A stretch of 64,000 nt of DNA from an uncultured Alphaproteobacteria bacterium (GCA_964587105.1 CAZPKG010000011.1:28309-92308), one strand, 5' to 3'; positions 1-8,011 are shown, numbered from the stretch's first letter. Notes: generated from the letters alone by a model not told the origin. Numbers and translations are program-made.

Positions 1-112
1 TCCGCTCATCCTGCGTGAGCGCGTAAAGCTCTTCCAAAGCCGCGCGTGAAGGTTCAACACCAAACGCAGCCAGATAGAGATCCGCAAAACTATATTGACA
101 ATGTGATGACAT
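1..112 (-). CDS. 5' end of an unknown gene (partial, continues beyond window start)
   Basis: ATG at 112-110 on the minus strand opens a frame (MSSHCQYSFADLYLAAFGVEPSRAALEELYALTQDER...) that runs off the window. No recognisable family. Confidence 0.25.
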   Translation of the reverse strand, partial: MSSHCQYSFADLYLAAFGVEPSRAALEELYALTQDER

Positions 113-130
113 AGTTTTCAGGCTTCCGAT

Positions 131-163
131 TCCCCCCTGCTCGCGGGGGGGGGGTTAGGGGGG
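131..163. repeat. REP-like hairpin, family 1 (C6-loop-G6-N-TTAG-G6/7)
   Basis: cccccctgctcgcggggggggggttaggggggg. Member of a family with at least 12 copies in the window. Confidence 0.8.
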
Positions 164-187
164 GTCTGTTGACGCTGGTTACATGTG

Positions 188-233
188 TCGCCGAGCCGGG
201 TTAAGGCTGCCGCAACCCGGCCGGAATCTCCTT
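188..233. repeat. Hairpin repeat, family CCGGGTTAAGGCTGCCGCAACCCGG (copy 1)
   Basis: cgccgagccgggttaaggctgccgcaacccggccggaatct. Near-identical copy at 1536-1576. Confidence 0.75.
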
Positions 234-240
234 CTGTCTC

Positions 241-280
241 CCTTCCTCCGTTCACGGGGGAAGGGCCGGGGATGGGGGTC
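241..280. repeat. Repeat family CTTCCTCCGTTCACGGGGG... (copy 1)
   Basis: ccttcctccgttcacgggggaagggccggggatgggggtc. Related copy at 2605-2660. Confidence 0.6.
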
Positions 281-292
281 TGACTAAGCCGT

Positions 293-1513
293 TTACATAT
301 TCGGATGCACCGTCGTGCTCCATACCGCATTCAAACTTGCGTCGTATTTCGACACCAACGCAGAGTAGCTCCCATTCCCGCGATCAAACGCGCCGCATAC
401 GAATAGGCTGCCATCATCTGAAACATGGACCTCTTTGACGACCACGTTTGTTTCGCCGCCGAAGCTCTCTTGAGCAATTGTGGTTAGGTCGCGGTTGAGC
501 AAAAGTAATCTCTGTGCTCCCGGCCTGCCACAACCCTCACCAGCTTTGCAAATCAGCAAGATGTCGTTGTTGATTGCTTGGACGGCGACCGAATCAAGAC
601 AATTAAGATAGGAAACAGTCGCTTCGTCCAGCAAAGTGAAGTCAGCAGAATACGTCCAAACATACGGATCGTTACCTTCTCTGCTCACACCTGCAATGAC
701 ATAATCCGAGTCAGGCATCTGTGTAATCGAGTAAGCGATATTGGGATTGTTCGCACCAATTTCGACGCTGTGAACGAATATTCCTCCATTGTCGAACCAA
801 CTTACTGCGTTTTCGCTCTGATCCACAATTGCATATCCGCCGTATTGCATCGCAGATATCGCTGATGCGTCAATACCTTCTTGACGAATCTGCGACCACA
901 CTGCTTGACCATATTCTGTCACGCACGTCAATCGTGCTGGTCCACCAATAGCTGACAATCCCCAATACAGCAAATCACCATTAGCCAGCGCGACAACTTG
1001 CATCGGGGAAATGCGCGTTTCATCCCACTCATCGCCGAGTGCATATCCGTACTCACACGTCGTCTGTGCCCAACGAATCGTTTGATAATTTTCATCTCGA
1101 ACAGCTACGGAGGGCAAGGCTCGTGGAGTGTAATGATCACCGCAATAGCTAAAATTTATTCCCGCCACAAGATACCCGTCCGTCACACGGTCGTAGTAGT
1201 GAACCATTCCATATTCATATTCACCACCGCCAATGCTCTGAAACCGCTGTCCGTTTGCACTGTGCAACTTCACTGTCATACTTCGGAAATAATACGCCGG
1301 TTCAGGCGGAGCGGGAGAATCATCCAACTCAACCGGCTCAACATCTTCCAACCGATCCACTTCCTGCGTCAACACCCAAATTTCCCCATCATCCGCTTCA
1401 ACAACTCCAACCCCAATCAAATCCTTCGTCCGCGGTTTCGGATCGGGTCCCGGCGGCTCTTCGTCACATCCCCAAACCAATAAACTCAACCCTAAGATTA
1501 CTAAGTATCGCAT
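293..1513 (-). CDS. Lipoprotein with beta-propeller-type repeats
   Basis: 406-aa ORF. N-terminus MRYLVILGLSLLVWGC is a signal peptide with a lipobox-like Cys. Repeated ~45-aa units (DGYLVAG, YALGDEW, DYVIAGVSREGNDPYVW) resemble the SBBP-like repeats of the 26038-27489 protein. Confidence 0.55.
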   Translation of the reverse strand: MRYLVILGLSLLVWGCDEEPPGPDPKPRTKDLIGVGVVEADDGEIWVLTQEVDRLEDVEPVELDDSPAPPEPAYYFRSMTVKLHSANGQRFQSIGGGEYEYGMVHYYDRVTDGYLVAGINFSYCGDHYTPRALPSVAVRDENYQTIRWAQTTCEYGYALGDEWDETRISPMQVVALANGDLLYWGLSAIGGPARLTCVTEYGQAVWSQIRQEGIDASAISAMQYGGYAIVDQSENAVSWFDNGGIFVHSVEIGANNPNIAYSITQMPDSDYVIAGVSREGNDPYVWTYSADFTLLDEATVSYLNCLDSVAVQAINNDILLICKAGEGCGRPGAQRLLLLNRDLTTIAQESFGGETNVVVKEVHVSDDGSLFVCGAFDRGNGSYSALVSKYDASLNAVWSTTVHPNM

Positions 1514-1535
1514 AAACCCTCCAAAAAATTTTTCC

Positions 1536-1576
1536 GCCGAGCTGGGTTAAGGCTGCCGCAACCCGGCCGGAATCTT
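1536..1576. repeat. Hairpin repeat, family CCGGGTTAAGGCTGCCGCAACCCGG (copy 2)
   Basis: gccgagctgggttaaggctgccgcaacccggccggaatct. Confidence 0.75.
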
Positions 1577-2135
1577 TTTTGAATATAGGCACACTACCCC
1601 AATTATACAGAACCTGAAAAAATACGCATTTTCACGCCCAAAATCAAACGAACCCGCCTCCTAAACTCCAATACAGAGAGGAGTTACATCATCTTCACTC
1701 CTGAACAGCTTCCTACCGTTTCAAGCGCGTTGTCATCCCGTAGGGATCTAACCAAGCGGCACGAAAATCAATTGTGGATACCTTTCTCGCGGCGGCTCCC
1801 GCCACGTCCTTTGGAAGGATTCGGTGCCCCTCTCCAAGAGAATTTTGACGATAATTGCCATGTTGTAAAAATACAACAGAACATCCATCTCCAGCCAAAT
1901 CAACCATTTTTCATCTTACGCATAAAAAACAATAGTTAATGCATAACCTCGTGTTTTTCAGATCGCAACAAGAGGAGGCCGATTTCCTCCCTTTCGCCTC
2001 TAAAATCGTAAATTCAATAAATTGTAAATATATATTATTAAATAAAATAAACATGTCATAATTGTCAAAATTTGAACAAATGGGCAGACTAACTATTGAC
2101 AAATCAACAACTTGTGTAATTTATACGGAAATCAC

Positions 2136-2170
2136 TTGACAAACGGACTCTTTTATTATACATTGTACCT
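2136..2170 (+). promoter_or_regulatory. Sigma70-like promoter candidate in AT-rich patch (TTGACA ~16 nt ATACAT), plus a second TTGACA 40 nt upstream
   Basis: cacttgacaaacggactcttttattatacattg, 30 nt upstream of the 2197 ORF. The surrounding 1960-2170 region is far more AT-rich than the rest of the window. Promoter rules are uncertain if the host is Bacteroidota-like. Confidence 0.35.
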
Positions 2171-2196
2171 GTCCGCAACAAACAACCCCACCACTC

Positions 2197-2592
2197 ATGA
2201 ACAACACATCTCAACACCCCCTCCTCAAAGCCCAAGCCCTGCTGGCCGACCCGGAAAACCTCGACCTTGATACCCTGTCTCAGCAGTTGGCAGTCGCCGC
2301 CGTCGAAGCTGACGCGCAATCCGCACTCATTTCTCTCTATGAAGATGAACTCCGCCGCGAGCTCCGCGCAAAAGTCGATCTCGCAGGAGCAATCCCCGCA
2401 TGCCCCGATCCCGCACTTGCCTTCACCCTTAGCGGCGAACAACTTCTTTCCGCCCGCCGCCAAGCATCTCTCCACTTCAACCGCGTCTTTCAACTTGCCC
2501 CCATCTCCCGGAGCGCTATTCCCGCAAACTCAGCTCACGTAACCAAAGACCTGCTGCTCCGGTCAGGCCTTGGTACAAACTCCGCTTCGTAA
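2197..2592 (+). CDS. Hypothetical protein (Ala/Leu-rich helical; possible phage scaffold-like)
   Basis: 131-aa ORF directly downstream of an AT-rich promoter-like patch, and first gene of the plus-strand phage head block. No recognisable motif. Confidence 0.45.
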   Translation: MNNTSQHPLLKAQALLADPENLDLDTLSQQLAVAAVEADAQSALISLYEDELRRELRAKVDLAGAIPACPDPALAFTLSGEQLLSARRQASLHFNRVFQLAPISRSAIPANSAHVTKDLLLRSGLGTNSAS

Positions 2593-2604
2593 CTCTCTTC
2601 CGGC

Positions 2605-2660
2605 CTTCCTCCGTTCACGGGGGGATCAGAAGGGGGTCGCCTTCCGCACTCCCCCCTCGA
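2605..2660. repeat. Repeat family CTTCCTCCGTTCACGGGGG... (copy 2)
   Basis: ccttcctccgttcacggggggatcagaagggggtcgccttccgcactcccccctcga. Confidence 0.6.
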
Positions 2661-2777
2661 CGGCACTCGCTCAAAACCCAATCATCTGGTCTTCTCCCGC
2701 AGTTCATTTGTGATGATCGCTCATCACTCGCTCGCGCACGACCAATACTCCAATCGGAGCGATACTCCTTCAAGTCT

Positions 2778-2905
2778 CCCCCAAAAGTTCGCCGCGAACT
2801 TTGGGGGAACTAAGGGGGGCTGCCTTCAAAAAATCAACCTCTAACAAAGAAAGGAAGCACCAAAGCAAAGGCGCATGCGCCAGAGCGAGAGGTGCTTGAC
2901 AAGCA
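2778..2905. repeat. Composite REP element (family-1 hairpin plus ~85-bp tail ending GCGAGAGGTGCTTGACAAGCAC), copy A
   Basis: ccccc-aaaagttcgccgcgaacttt-ggggg-aactaagggggg, then ctgccttcaaaaaatcaacc...gcgccagagcgagaggtgcttgacaagcac. Ends 3 nt before the ATG of the DUF2190-like gene. Sister copy at 7169-7262. Confidence 0.75.
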
Positions 2906-2908
2906 CAC

Positions 2909-3352
2909 ATGGCATCAACCTACAAAGTCAACAACGATGGCGCAGGAGCAAATCTCCTGCTCACCTTCGAAGTAGATACAACTTCAAACAAAGACTTCAC
3001 GTGGACCGACATTGACAATAATCTCGTCGCCGCGACAATGTCTGACAACAACAAGGTCGGCATGGGCTCGGCAGGTTCGCGTCTCATCGGCAAAGTCATC
3101 TCCGTTTCCGACGAACTTGCAGTCGGTACAGCCGTACCCGCACTATGCACCGTGCAAGTCACTGGTGTCGCACGTTTCCTCTACTCAGGAACCGCACCCA
3201 GCGTCGGCAACAAAGTCGAATGTGACGGCACCGGCAAAGTCCGCAAAGCCGTCACTCTCACCGATGTCCCCGCCGGCGGCACCGCTCAACGCGGCTTAGT
3301 CATCGCCGTCGATACCTCCGCCACAACCTGCGATGTCTTACTCGATGCGTAA
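2909..3352 (+). CDS. Phage head-associated protein, DUF2190-like
   Basis: 147 aa, Gly/Val/Thr-rich beta pattern (LIGKVISVSD...VTGVARF...GNKVECDGTGKV...GLVIAV) typical of DUF2190 proteins that precede major capsid genes. Sits immediately upstream of the capsid gene. Confidence 0.4.
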   Translation: MASTYKVNNDGAGANLLLTFEVDTTSNKDFTWTDIDNNLVAATMSDNNKVGMGSAGSRLIGKVISVSDELAVGTAVPALCTVQVTGVARFLYSGTAPSVGNKVECDGTGKVRKAVTLTDVPAGGTAQRGLVIAVDTSATTCDVLLDA

Positions 3353-3369
3353 CTCCGATTTCCCCCCAG

Positions 3370-3400
3370 TCCTCTGGGGGGATTAAGGGGGGTAAAATAC
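3370..3400. repeat. REP-like hairpin, family 1
   Basis: ccccccagtcctctggggggattaagggggg. Confidence 0.8.
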
Positions 3401-3460
3401 CAAATCGCGGCCAACCATTTCAAACAACTGCGTTAGCGCAATCAGTCCAGCGACACGCTG

Positions 3461-3577
3461 GTTGTCATCCTGAAGGCCGCTGCGGCTGAAGGATCTCGTG
3501 GCGGGGTAACGCGCGTCATGCGCTTATCGAATATGAAGCCGCTTGACAAGATCCTTCACTTCGTTCAGGATGACAAC
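3461..3577. mobile_element. 117-bp MITE-like element with terminal inverted repeats GTTGTCATCCTGAAG / CTTCAGGATGACAAC (copy 1)
   Basis: gttgtcatcctgaagg...ttcaggatgacaac. No ORF. Second copy in the same orientation at 4756-4871. The two copies bracket the capsid gene. Confidence 0.7.
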
Positions 3578-3580
3578 ACG

Positions 3581-3620
3581 AATTTCCTATTTCCAATTTC
3601 ACATTTCCAATTTCAAAAAC
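3581..3620 (+). promoter_or_regulatory. ATTTC-repeat leader element abutting the start codon (capsid gene)
   Basis: aatttcctatttccaatttcacatttccaatttcaaaaacATG. Confidence 0.5.
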
Positions 3621-4691
3621 ATGACTCTCGACTTTTCCCAAGCCTACACTCTGCGCGACAAAATCCAAGAACACTCGCGCTCCACTAATCTCGCGCTCTA
3701 TTCCGAAGCGCAAGAGCGCGGCATGACCTTCACTGAGTTGCTCGAAGAACTCGACCCGTCACCGCGTAAGCCCGACGGCCAGCTCGATGCGCCGCTTGAT
3801 GCCTTCGAGCGCCAGCTCTTTCTCGCCGATATCTCTTTTGCCGGCCGCAACGCCACCACGCTCGAACAATTCTTGAGCGGCCCCGGATTGATTCTCGCGC
3901 CTGAATATGTTTCGCGCGAAATCCGCAAAGGCTACAAGATGGTGCAAGACCCCGAAGAACTCGTGGCCGCCATCGTTCCCGAACGCGGACCCACGGTCAC
4001 GCCGCTCTATATCAAAACTGATTTCGCCAAGAAGTCTCAGCGGCGCAACGATAGCGCCGCCTATCCCGTGGTCAAGCTCGCCTATCGTCAAAAAGAGGCG
4101 GGCATGATTGATCGCGGGCGTCAATTTGATTTCAGCTATCGCATCCTGAAAAATCAAAAGCTCGCTGAGTTCCGCGTTTTCCTCTGGTGGATCGGCGCGC
4201 AATTGGCCAACGATGAAATTTCTGAAATCTACAACATCGTCATTAACGGAGACGGCACCAGCCCCGCTCCTTCAAATTCCTTCAACGGAACCGGCGGCAC
4301 GTTTGCCTATACCGACTTGGTTCATCTCGCAATGGCCTTTGATGGTCCCGCTCGTATGACGCATTTGCTCGGCGCCAAATCCGACATCGAAGCCGTCTTG
4401 AAAATCAACGAACTGCAAGATGCGCAAGCCTTTCAAGGTGGAGCATTCAACAACACCGGGGACTACCGCACATTCCTGCCGCTGAATACAAGATTGGTTG
4501 CAGTCGAAGGAGCCACGGCCACCAAGTTCGCCGCGCTCGATCATCGTTTCGCCATTCGTGAATCTGTCGCTCAACCTCTGCTCATCGAAGCCGAAAAAAT
4601 CATCTCGCACAAACTCGAATCAGCCGTCATCTCCAAAGAATCTGTTTACACCATCATGGTTGATGAAGGTATCGCCATGTCAGATTACTAA
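3621..4691 (+). CDS. Phage major capsid protein (HK97-fold family, putative)
   Basis: 356 aa, counting from the internal ATG at 3621 (the upstream part of the listed ORF lies inside a MITE copy). Length, composition and context (DUF2190-like gene upstream, terminase downstream) fit a major capsid protein. Family assignment is by resemblance, not a motif proof. Confidence 0.55.
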   Translation: MTLDFSQAYTLRDKIQEHSRSTNLALYSEAQERGMTFTELLEELDPSPRKPDGQLDAPLDAFERQLFLADISFAGRNATTLEQFLSGPGLILAPEYVSREIRKGYKMVQDPEELVAAIVPERGPTVTPLYIKTDFAKKSQRRNDSAAYPVVKLAYRQKEAGMIDRGRQFDFSYRILKNQKLAEFRVFLWWIGAQLANDEISEIYNIVINGDGTSPAPSNSFNGTGGTFAYTDLVHLAMAFDGPARMTHLLGAKSDIEAVLKINELQDAQAFQGGAFNNTGDYRTFLPLNTRLVAVEGATATKFAALDHRFAIRESVAQPLLIEAEKIISHKLESAVISKESVYTIMVDEGIAMSDY

Positions 4692-4699
4692 GCCAATCT

Positions 4700-4746
4700 G
4701 CTCGCCGAGCGGGGATTAAGCGCGAAGCGCGGTTCCCCGCCGGAAT
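4700..4746. repeat. Repeat family GATTCCGGCGGGGAACCGCTGCGCTTAATCCCCGCTCGGC (reverse orientation)
   Basis: gccgagcggggattaagcgcgaagcgcggttccccgccggaat. Forward copies at 29100-29156 and 60628-60667. Confidence 0.7.
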
Positions 4747-4755
4747 GTACAACGT

Positions 4756-4871
4756 TTTGTCATCCTGAAGCCGCTGCGGCTGAAGGATCTCGTTGCGGGG
4801 TTACGCACGCTATGCGATTACCAAATACGATGCCGCCAAACAAGATCCTTCACTGCGTTCAGGATGACAAC
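4756..4871. mobile_element. MITE-like element with GTTGTCATCCTGAAG TIRs (copy 2)
   Basis: ttgtcatcctgaagccgctgcggctgaaggatctcgttgcgggg...ttcaggatgacaac. About 85% identical to copy 1. Confidence 0.7.
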
Positions 4872-4888
4872 CATTGCCCCTCCGATCT

Positions 4889-4930
4889 CCCCCCAAAGTT
4901 CGCCGCGAACTTTGGGGGGATTAAGGGGGG
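4889..4930. repeat. REP-like hairpin, family 1
   Basis: ccccccaaagttcgccgcgaactttggggggattaagggggg. Same loop as the 2778 copy. Confidence 0.8.
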
Positions 4931-4935
4931 TGGCT

Positions 4936-4966
4936 ATCCTTTCCTATTTCTCATTTCTCATTTCCC
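4936..4966 (+). promoter_or_regulatory. ATTTC-repeat leader element abutting the start codon
   Basis: atcctttcctatttctcatttctcatttcccATG, immediately after a family-1 REP. Confidence 0.5.
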
Positions 4967-5332
4967 ATGAAACCCTCTCTTGCATACGCTCTCGCCAGTC
5001 AACCGTTGGTCTTTCTGACTTTCAGCGGAACACTTGGCACATCATCCGTCTATCTACCCGGCCCCGGCGGAATTGCCGCCGACGGAATTCCCATTCCGTT
5101 CGCGGGCACGCTCTCACAACTGACCGTATTCGACGGTTCAACAACTTTTGCCGATACCGACAACATCACATTTTCCGCTAACAACCGCATCAGCGTATAT
5201 TGCCAAAACATCGGTGGATCGTTCACTGTGAAAGTCCGTTTGAACGGAGTCTCCACAACACTCCAAACGGCGTCTGTCCCGCTTAGTTCGACTCTCCAAG
5301 TCACCGTCGGTTTTGCCATTAACCGCGTATAA
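4967..5332 (+). CDS. Hypothetical protein in phage head module (beta-rich)
   Basis: 121-aa ORF immediately preceded by a REP plus ATTTC-repeat leader. No recognisable family. Confidence 0.4.
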   Translation: MKPSLAYALASQPLVFLTFSGTLGTSSVYLPGPGGIAADGIPIPFAGTLSQLTVFDGSTTFADTDNITFSANNRISVYCQNIGGSFTVKVRLNGVSTTLQTASVPLSSTLQVTVGFAINRV

Positions 5333-5341
5333 GGAGCGCAC

Positions 5342-6166
5342 ATGTCTTTCACATCTCTTGCTATCGTCCGCAAACATCTTGTTGCGGGCAACTTGCCTTC
5401 TCAACGAATTGAAGACGTCCGCGTTACGCTAAACGGGATTGCCGACGTATCTCTGCCGCACTTCAATTTGCTCCAAGACTTCGCGGTCGTGAAGCGGCTC
5501 GCTTCTGACAAAGCGACATATGAAACCGGTGTGCTGCTGACCAATGAAGATGAAATCAGTCTTTCCAACAAGAATCTCGAAAGAGGCAGCGTCGTCGTCG
5601 CAAATGACCTCGCCTTAAGCGAAATCTTCGACGAGGAGTTTGATTACCGCGTAAACCACGAATCCGGTTCGGTCAAACGGCTCGCTACTGGTGCGATACC
5701 AAATTCATTTCCCGCTGTGGTTTGGTATAACTACTATGAGGTTTTTGAACCCTCCATTGACTACGAATTGGACTACGTTGCCGGAGCAATCCGCCGAGTT
5801 TCCGGAAGTAACATTCCCGACGGAGCGAACATCCTTGTGGACTACACCGTCGCGCAAGGCGCCGCCGAAAACGATCTGATCGAGCAATCGATCATTGAAG
5901 CTGAAGACATAATCGTGCGGGCACTCCGCGAAGGTTACAACTCAGCTTCGACCGATCAAGGACTAAAATCCGGTGCGACATACCTGACTCTCGCGATTGT
6001 CGCGCGCGGAATGGCGGCCTTGATGCTTACTCGCAATGTGGGCAGCGACGCAAATTCCCGCGCCCGCGAATGGCAGCAGCTTTCCGACAAATGGAGTGGC
6101 GCCGCTTGGAGCGTGCTTGCGTCCTTTGTCACTCCGCATTTCATGCACTCTAACACTATCGAATAA
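5342..6166 (+). CDS. Hypothetical phage structural/assembly protein
   Basis: 274-aa ORF tightly packed between the capsid-side genes and the terminase. Its stop at 6164-6166 is followed 1 nt later by the ATG of the next ORF. Confidence 0.45.
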   Translation: MSFTSLAIVRKHLVAGNLPSQRIEDVRVTLNGIADVSLPHFNLLQDFAVVKRLASDKATYETGVLLTNEDEISLSNKNLERGSVVVANDLALSEIFDEEFDYRVNHESGSVKRLATGAIPNSFPAVVWYNYYEVFEPSIDYELDYVAGAIRRVSGSNIPDGANILVDYTVAQGAAENDLIEQSIIEAEDIIVRALREGYNSASTDQGLKSGATYLTLAIVARGMAALMLTRNVGSDANSRAREWQQLSDKWSGAAWSVLASFVTPHFMHSNTIE

Positions 6167-6167
6167 A

Positions 6168-6371
6168 ATGGACGTCTTCTCCGAAGAGAGCAAACAGCAA
6201 GTTCTCGAAACTCTGTTCAAAATTGCAACGGACAACAAAAGCGCAAGCGTCCCGGCAATCAAACTCTATCTCGAACTCGCAAATGAACGTCCTTCCGCCG
6301 AAACACTTACCACTGAACAGGCTCTGGAAATCCTAAGAGAAGCACAATCAGAAAATGAGTCGTCGTCCTGA
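6168..6371 (+). CDS. Small helical protein, candidate terminase small subunit
   Basis: 67 aa (MDVFSEESKQQVLETLFKIATDNK...) directly upstream of the large terminase. Assignment by position only. Confidence 0.3.
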   Translation: MDVFSEESKQQVLETLFKIATDNKSASVPAIKLYLELANERPSAETLTTEQALEILREAQSENESSS

Positions 6372-6396
6372 ACAAAGTGAAAGTCCTCTCTGGTTT

Positions 6397-6424
6397 CCCC
6401 CCGCGAGCGGAGGGATTAAGGGGG
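6397..6424. repeat. REP-like hairpin, family 1 (degenerate)
   Basis: ccccccgcgagcggagggattaaggggg, followed by cttccgaaaaatttt as in the composite tail. Confidence 0.7.
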
Positions 6425-6506
6425 CTTCCGAAAAATTTTCCACTCCACCACTACAAAACATCCGCGTCAGCGCAATCAGTCCAGCGGCACGCTGGTTCTT
6501 CGCGGC

Positions 6507-6525
6507 GGCACCCGCTGCGGGTGCC
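6507..6525. repeat. Perfect palindrome GGCACCCGCTGCGGGTGCC (family 3)
   Basis: 9-bp stem with a 1-nt loop. Copies at 21267, 36849 and 59701. Confidence 0.8.
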
Positions 6526-6570
6526 CCATGCGCAACAATCGATTCTCCCTTCAGGTCTCCACCAAGCACA

Positions 6571-8007
6571 ATGACAAAAGACCAATTCCAAGAACTCCTC
6601 CGCTGTACTCGAAATCCGTGGTATTTTCTCACGAACTATGTCAAAACCCAAGACCCTGTCAAAGGAACCTCGGCCTATCCTGATTTCGATTACTTATGTG
6701 AGTTGACATATCTTGCTCTCACTCAACGCTATCTGCTTGTTCCCAAATCAAGACAGATGATGGTCACATGGAGTATGGTTAGCCTGTTCGTATGGCGGGC
6801 GCTATTCAAACAGCCCGGTGTCTATCTTTTCCTTTCGCGCAACGAGCGTTGTGCCGAAGAGCTTTTGGACAGAGCGCGTTTTATCATAACGCATTTGCCC
6901 GAGTTCATGCGGCCTCAACTAACAACAAACAACAAATCCGAAATTGAATTCGGTGGCTTGCACTCGCGCCTGCTTTCGCTTCCGGCAACTCCCGACGGCC
7001 CGCGAATGTACTCACCCACTGCCGTCTTTTGGGATGAGATGGCCTTCACTCCGTTTGATTCGCAAATTTGGACTGCCCTGAAACCGGCTATCAGCAGCGG
7101 CGGATCGTTCGTAGGCGTATCATCTTCCGGCGGTGCACAAAATCTTTTCGCAAAGTTCTGCTCTGATTCCCCCCTGCTTGCGGGGGGGCAAGGGGGGGTG
7201 CTTCCGAAAAAAGCCAACCAACAATCCAAAGAATCAGCGCCAGCGCGAGAGGTGCTTAACAAGCACTTTCACATCCATAAAATCCACTACACCAATCACC
7301 CCGACCGCAACAACGAAGAATGGCGACTCAGCGAATCGCGCGGCCTGTCACAAAGCCAATGGGATAGAGAACAGGAAATCTCGTTTGAGTCCTTTGATGA
7401 TCTGGTCTATTCCGAGTTCGATCCGGTTGTGCATCTGCTCAAAGAGGAATTTCATCCGCGCAAAGAGTGGCCGCTCTATCGCGCAATTGATTTCGGCTTT
7501 CGCAAGCCGTTTGCATTGTGGATTCAGAAACTCCCTTCCGGTGAATATGTCGTGTTTGACGAATGGGAAGGGAGAGATTGCACAACCGAAGCCATGTATG
7601 CTTCTATCACTCGCACGGACATCCTCTTCGGTCTCAAGGAGTCTGATTACCTATGGTCCGCCTGTGACCCTGCCGGAGCCGCCGCGCAAGACAGCGGGAT
7701 TTCACCGGTGGATTACCTTGCTCGCAACGGCATGAAATTACGTTATCGTCCGTCCCGCATTTTGCCCGGCGTCGAATGCGTGAAAGCTTCGTTGCGTGAC
7801 GCCGCCGGAAGAGTTTCGCTCTTTTTCTCCCCACGCTGCCAAAAACTCATCCAAGACATGCGAAGTTATAAATGGAACGCCGCCAATGACGAACCCATCA
7901 AAGACGGCGTCAGCGATCACTCTCTCGATGCGCTCCGCTATTTCTTCGTCAACCTTGAAGGCTCCGAAGATCGAGCTCCCGCCGCGCCGCGCATTGCACG
8001 GCTATAA
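6571..8007 (+). CDS. terL: Phage terminase large subunit (Terminase_6-like), with an in-frame repeat-element insertion
   Basis: Deviant Walker A KSRQMMVT and Walker B VFWDEMAF. SSSGG ATPase motif III. RNaseH-like nuclease acidic residues (AIDFGF, CDPAG, DHSLDALRY). True start is the ATG at 6571, because the upstream part of the listed ORF is translated repeat DNA. A ~38-aa insert at 7166-7262 is encoded by a REP composite element. Confidence 0.8.
   Translation: MTKDQFQELLRCTRNPWYFLTNYVKTQDPVKGTSAYPDFDYLCELTYLALTQRYLLVPKSRQMMVTWSMVSLFVWRALFKQPGVYLFLSRNERCAEELLDRARFIITHLPEFMRPQLTTNNKSEIEFGGLHSRLLSLPATPDGPRMYSPTAVFWDEMAFTPFDSQIWTALKPAISSGGSFVGVSSSGGAQNLFAKFCSDSPLLAGGQGGVLPKKANQQSKESAPAREVLNKHFHIHKIHYTNHPDRNNEEWRLSESRGLSQSQWDREQEISFESFDDLVYSEFDPVVHLLKEEFHPRKEWPLYRAIDFGFRKPFALWIQKLPSGEYVVFDEWEGRDCTTEAMYASITRTDILFGLKESDYLWSACDPAGAAAQDSGISPVDYLARNGMKLRYRPSRILPGVECVKASLRDAAGRVSLFFSPRCQKLIQDMRSYKWNAANDEPIKDGVSDHSLDALRYFFVNLEGSEDRAPAAPRIARL
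7169..7262. repeat. Composite REP element, copy B, inserted in-frame inside the large terminase ORF
   Basis: cccccctgcttgcggggggg-caaggggggg, then tgcttccgaaaaaagccaacc...gcgccagcgcgagaggtgcttaacaagcac. Colinear with the 2778-2905 copy. Translated as ...CSDSPLLAGGQGGVLPKKANQQSKESAPAREVLNK... without stops. Confidence 0.8.
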
Positions 8008-8011
8008 AAAA

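Noticed and set aside
118-330. 70-aa minus-strand ORF
   Set aside because: Lies entirely within REP-family hairpin repeats (G/C homopolymer tracts). Its translation is low-complexity, and it is an artefact of repeat DNA remaining open.
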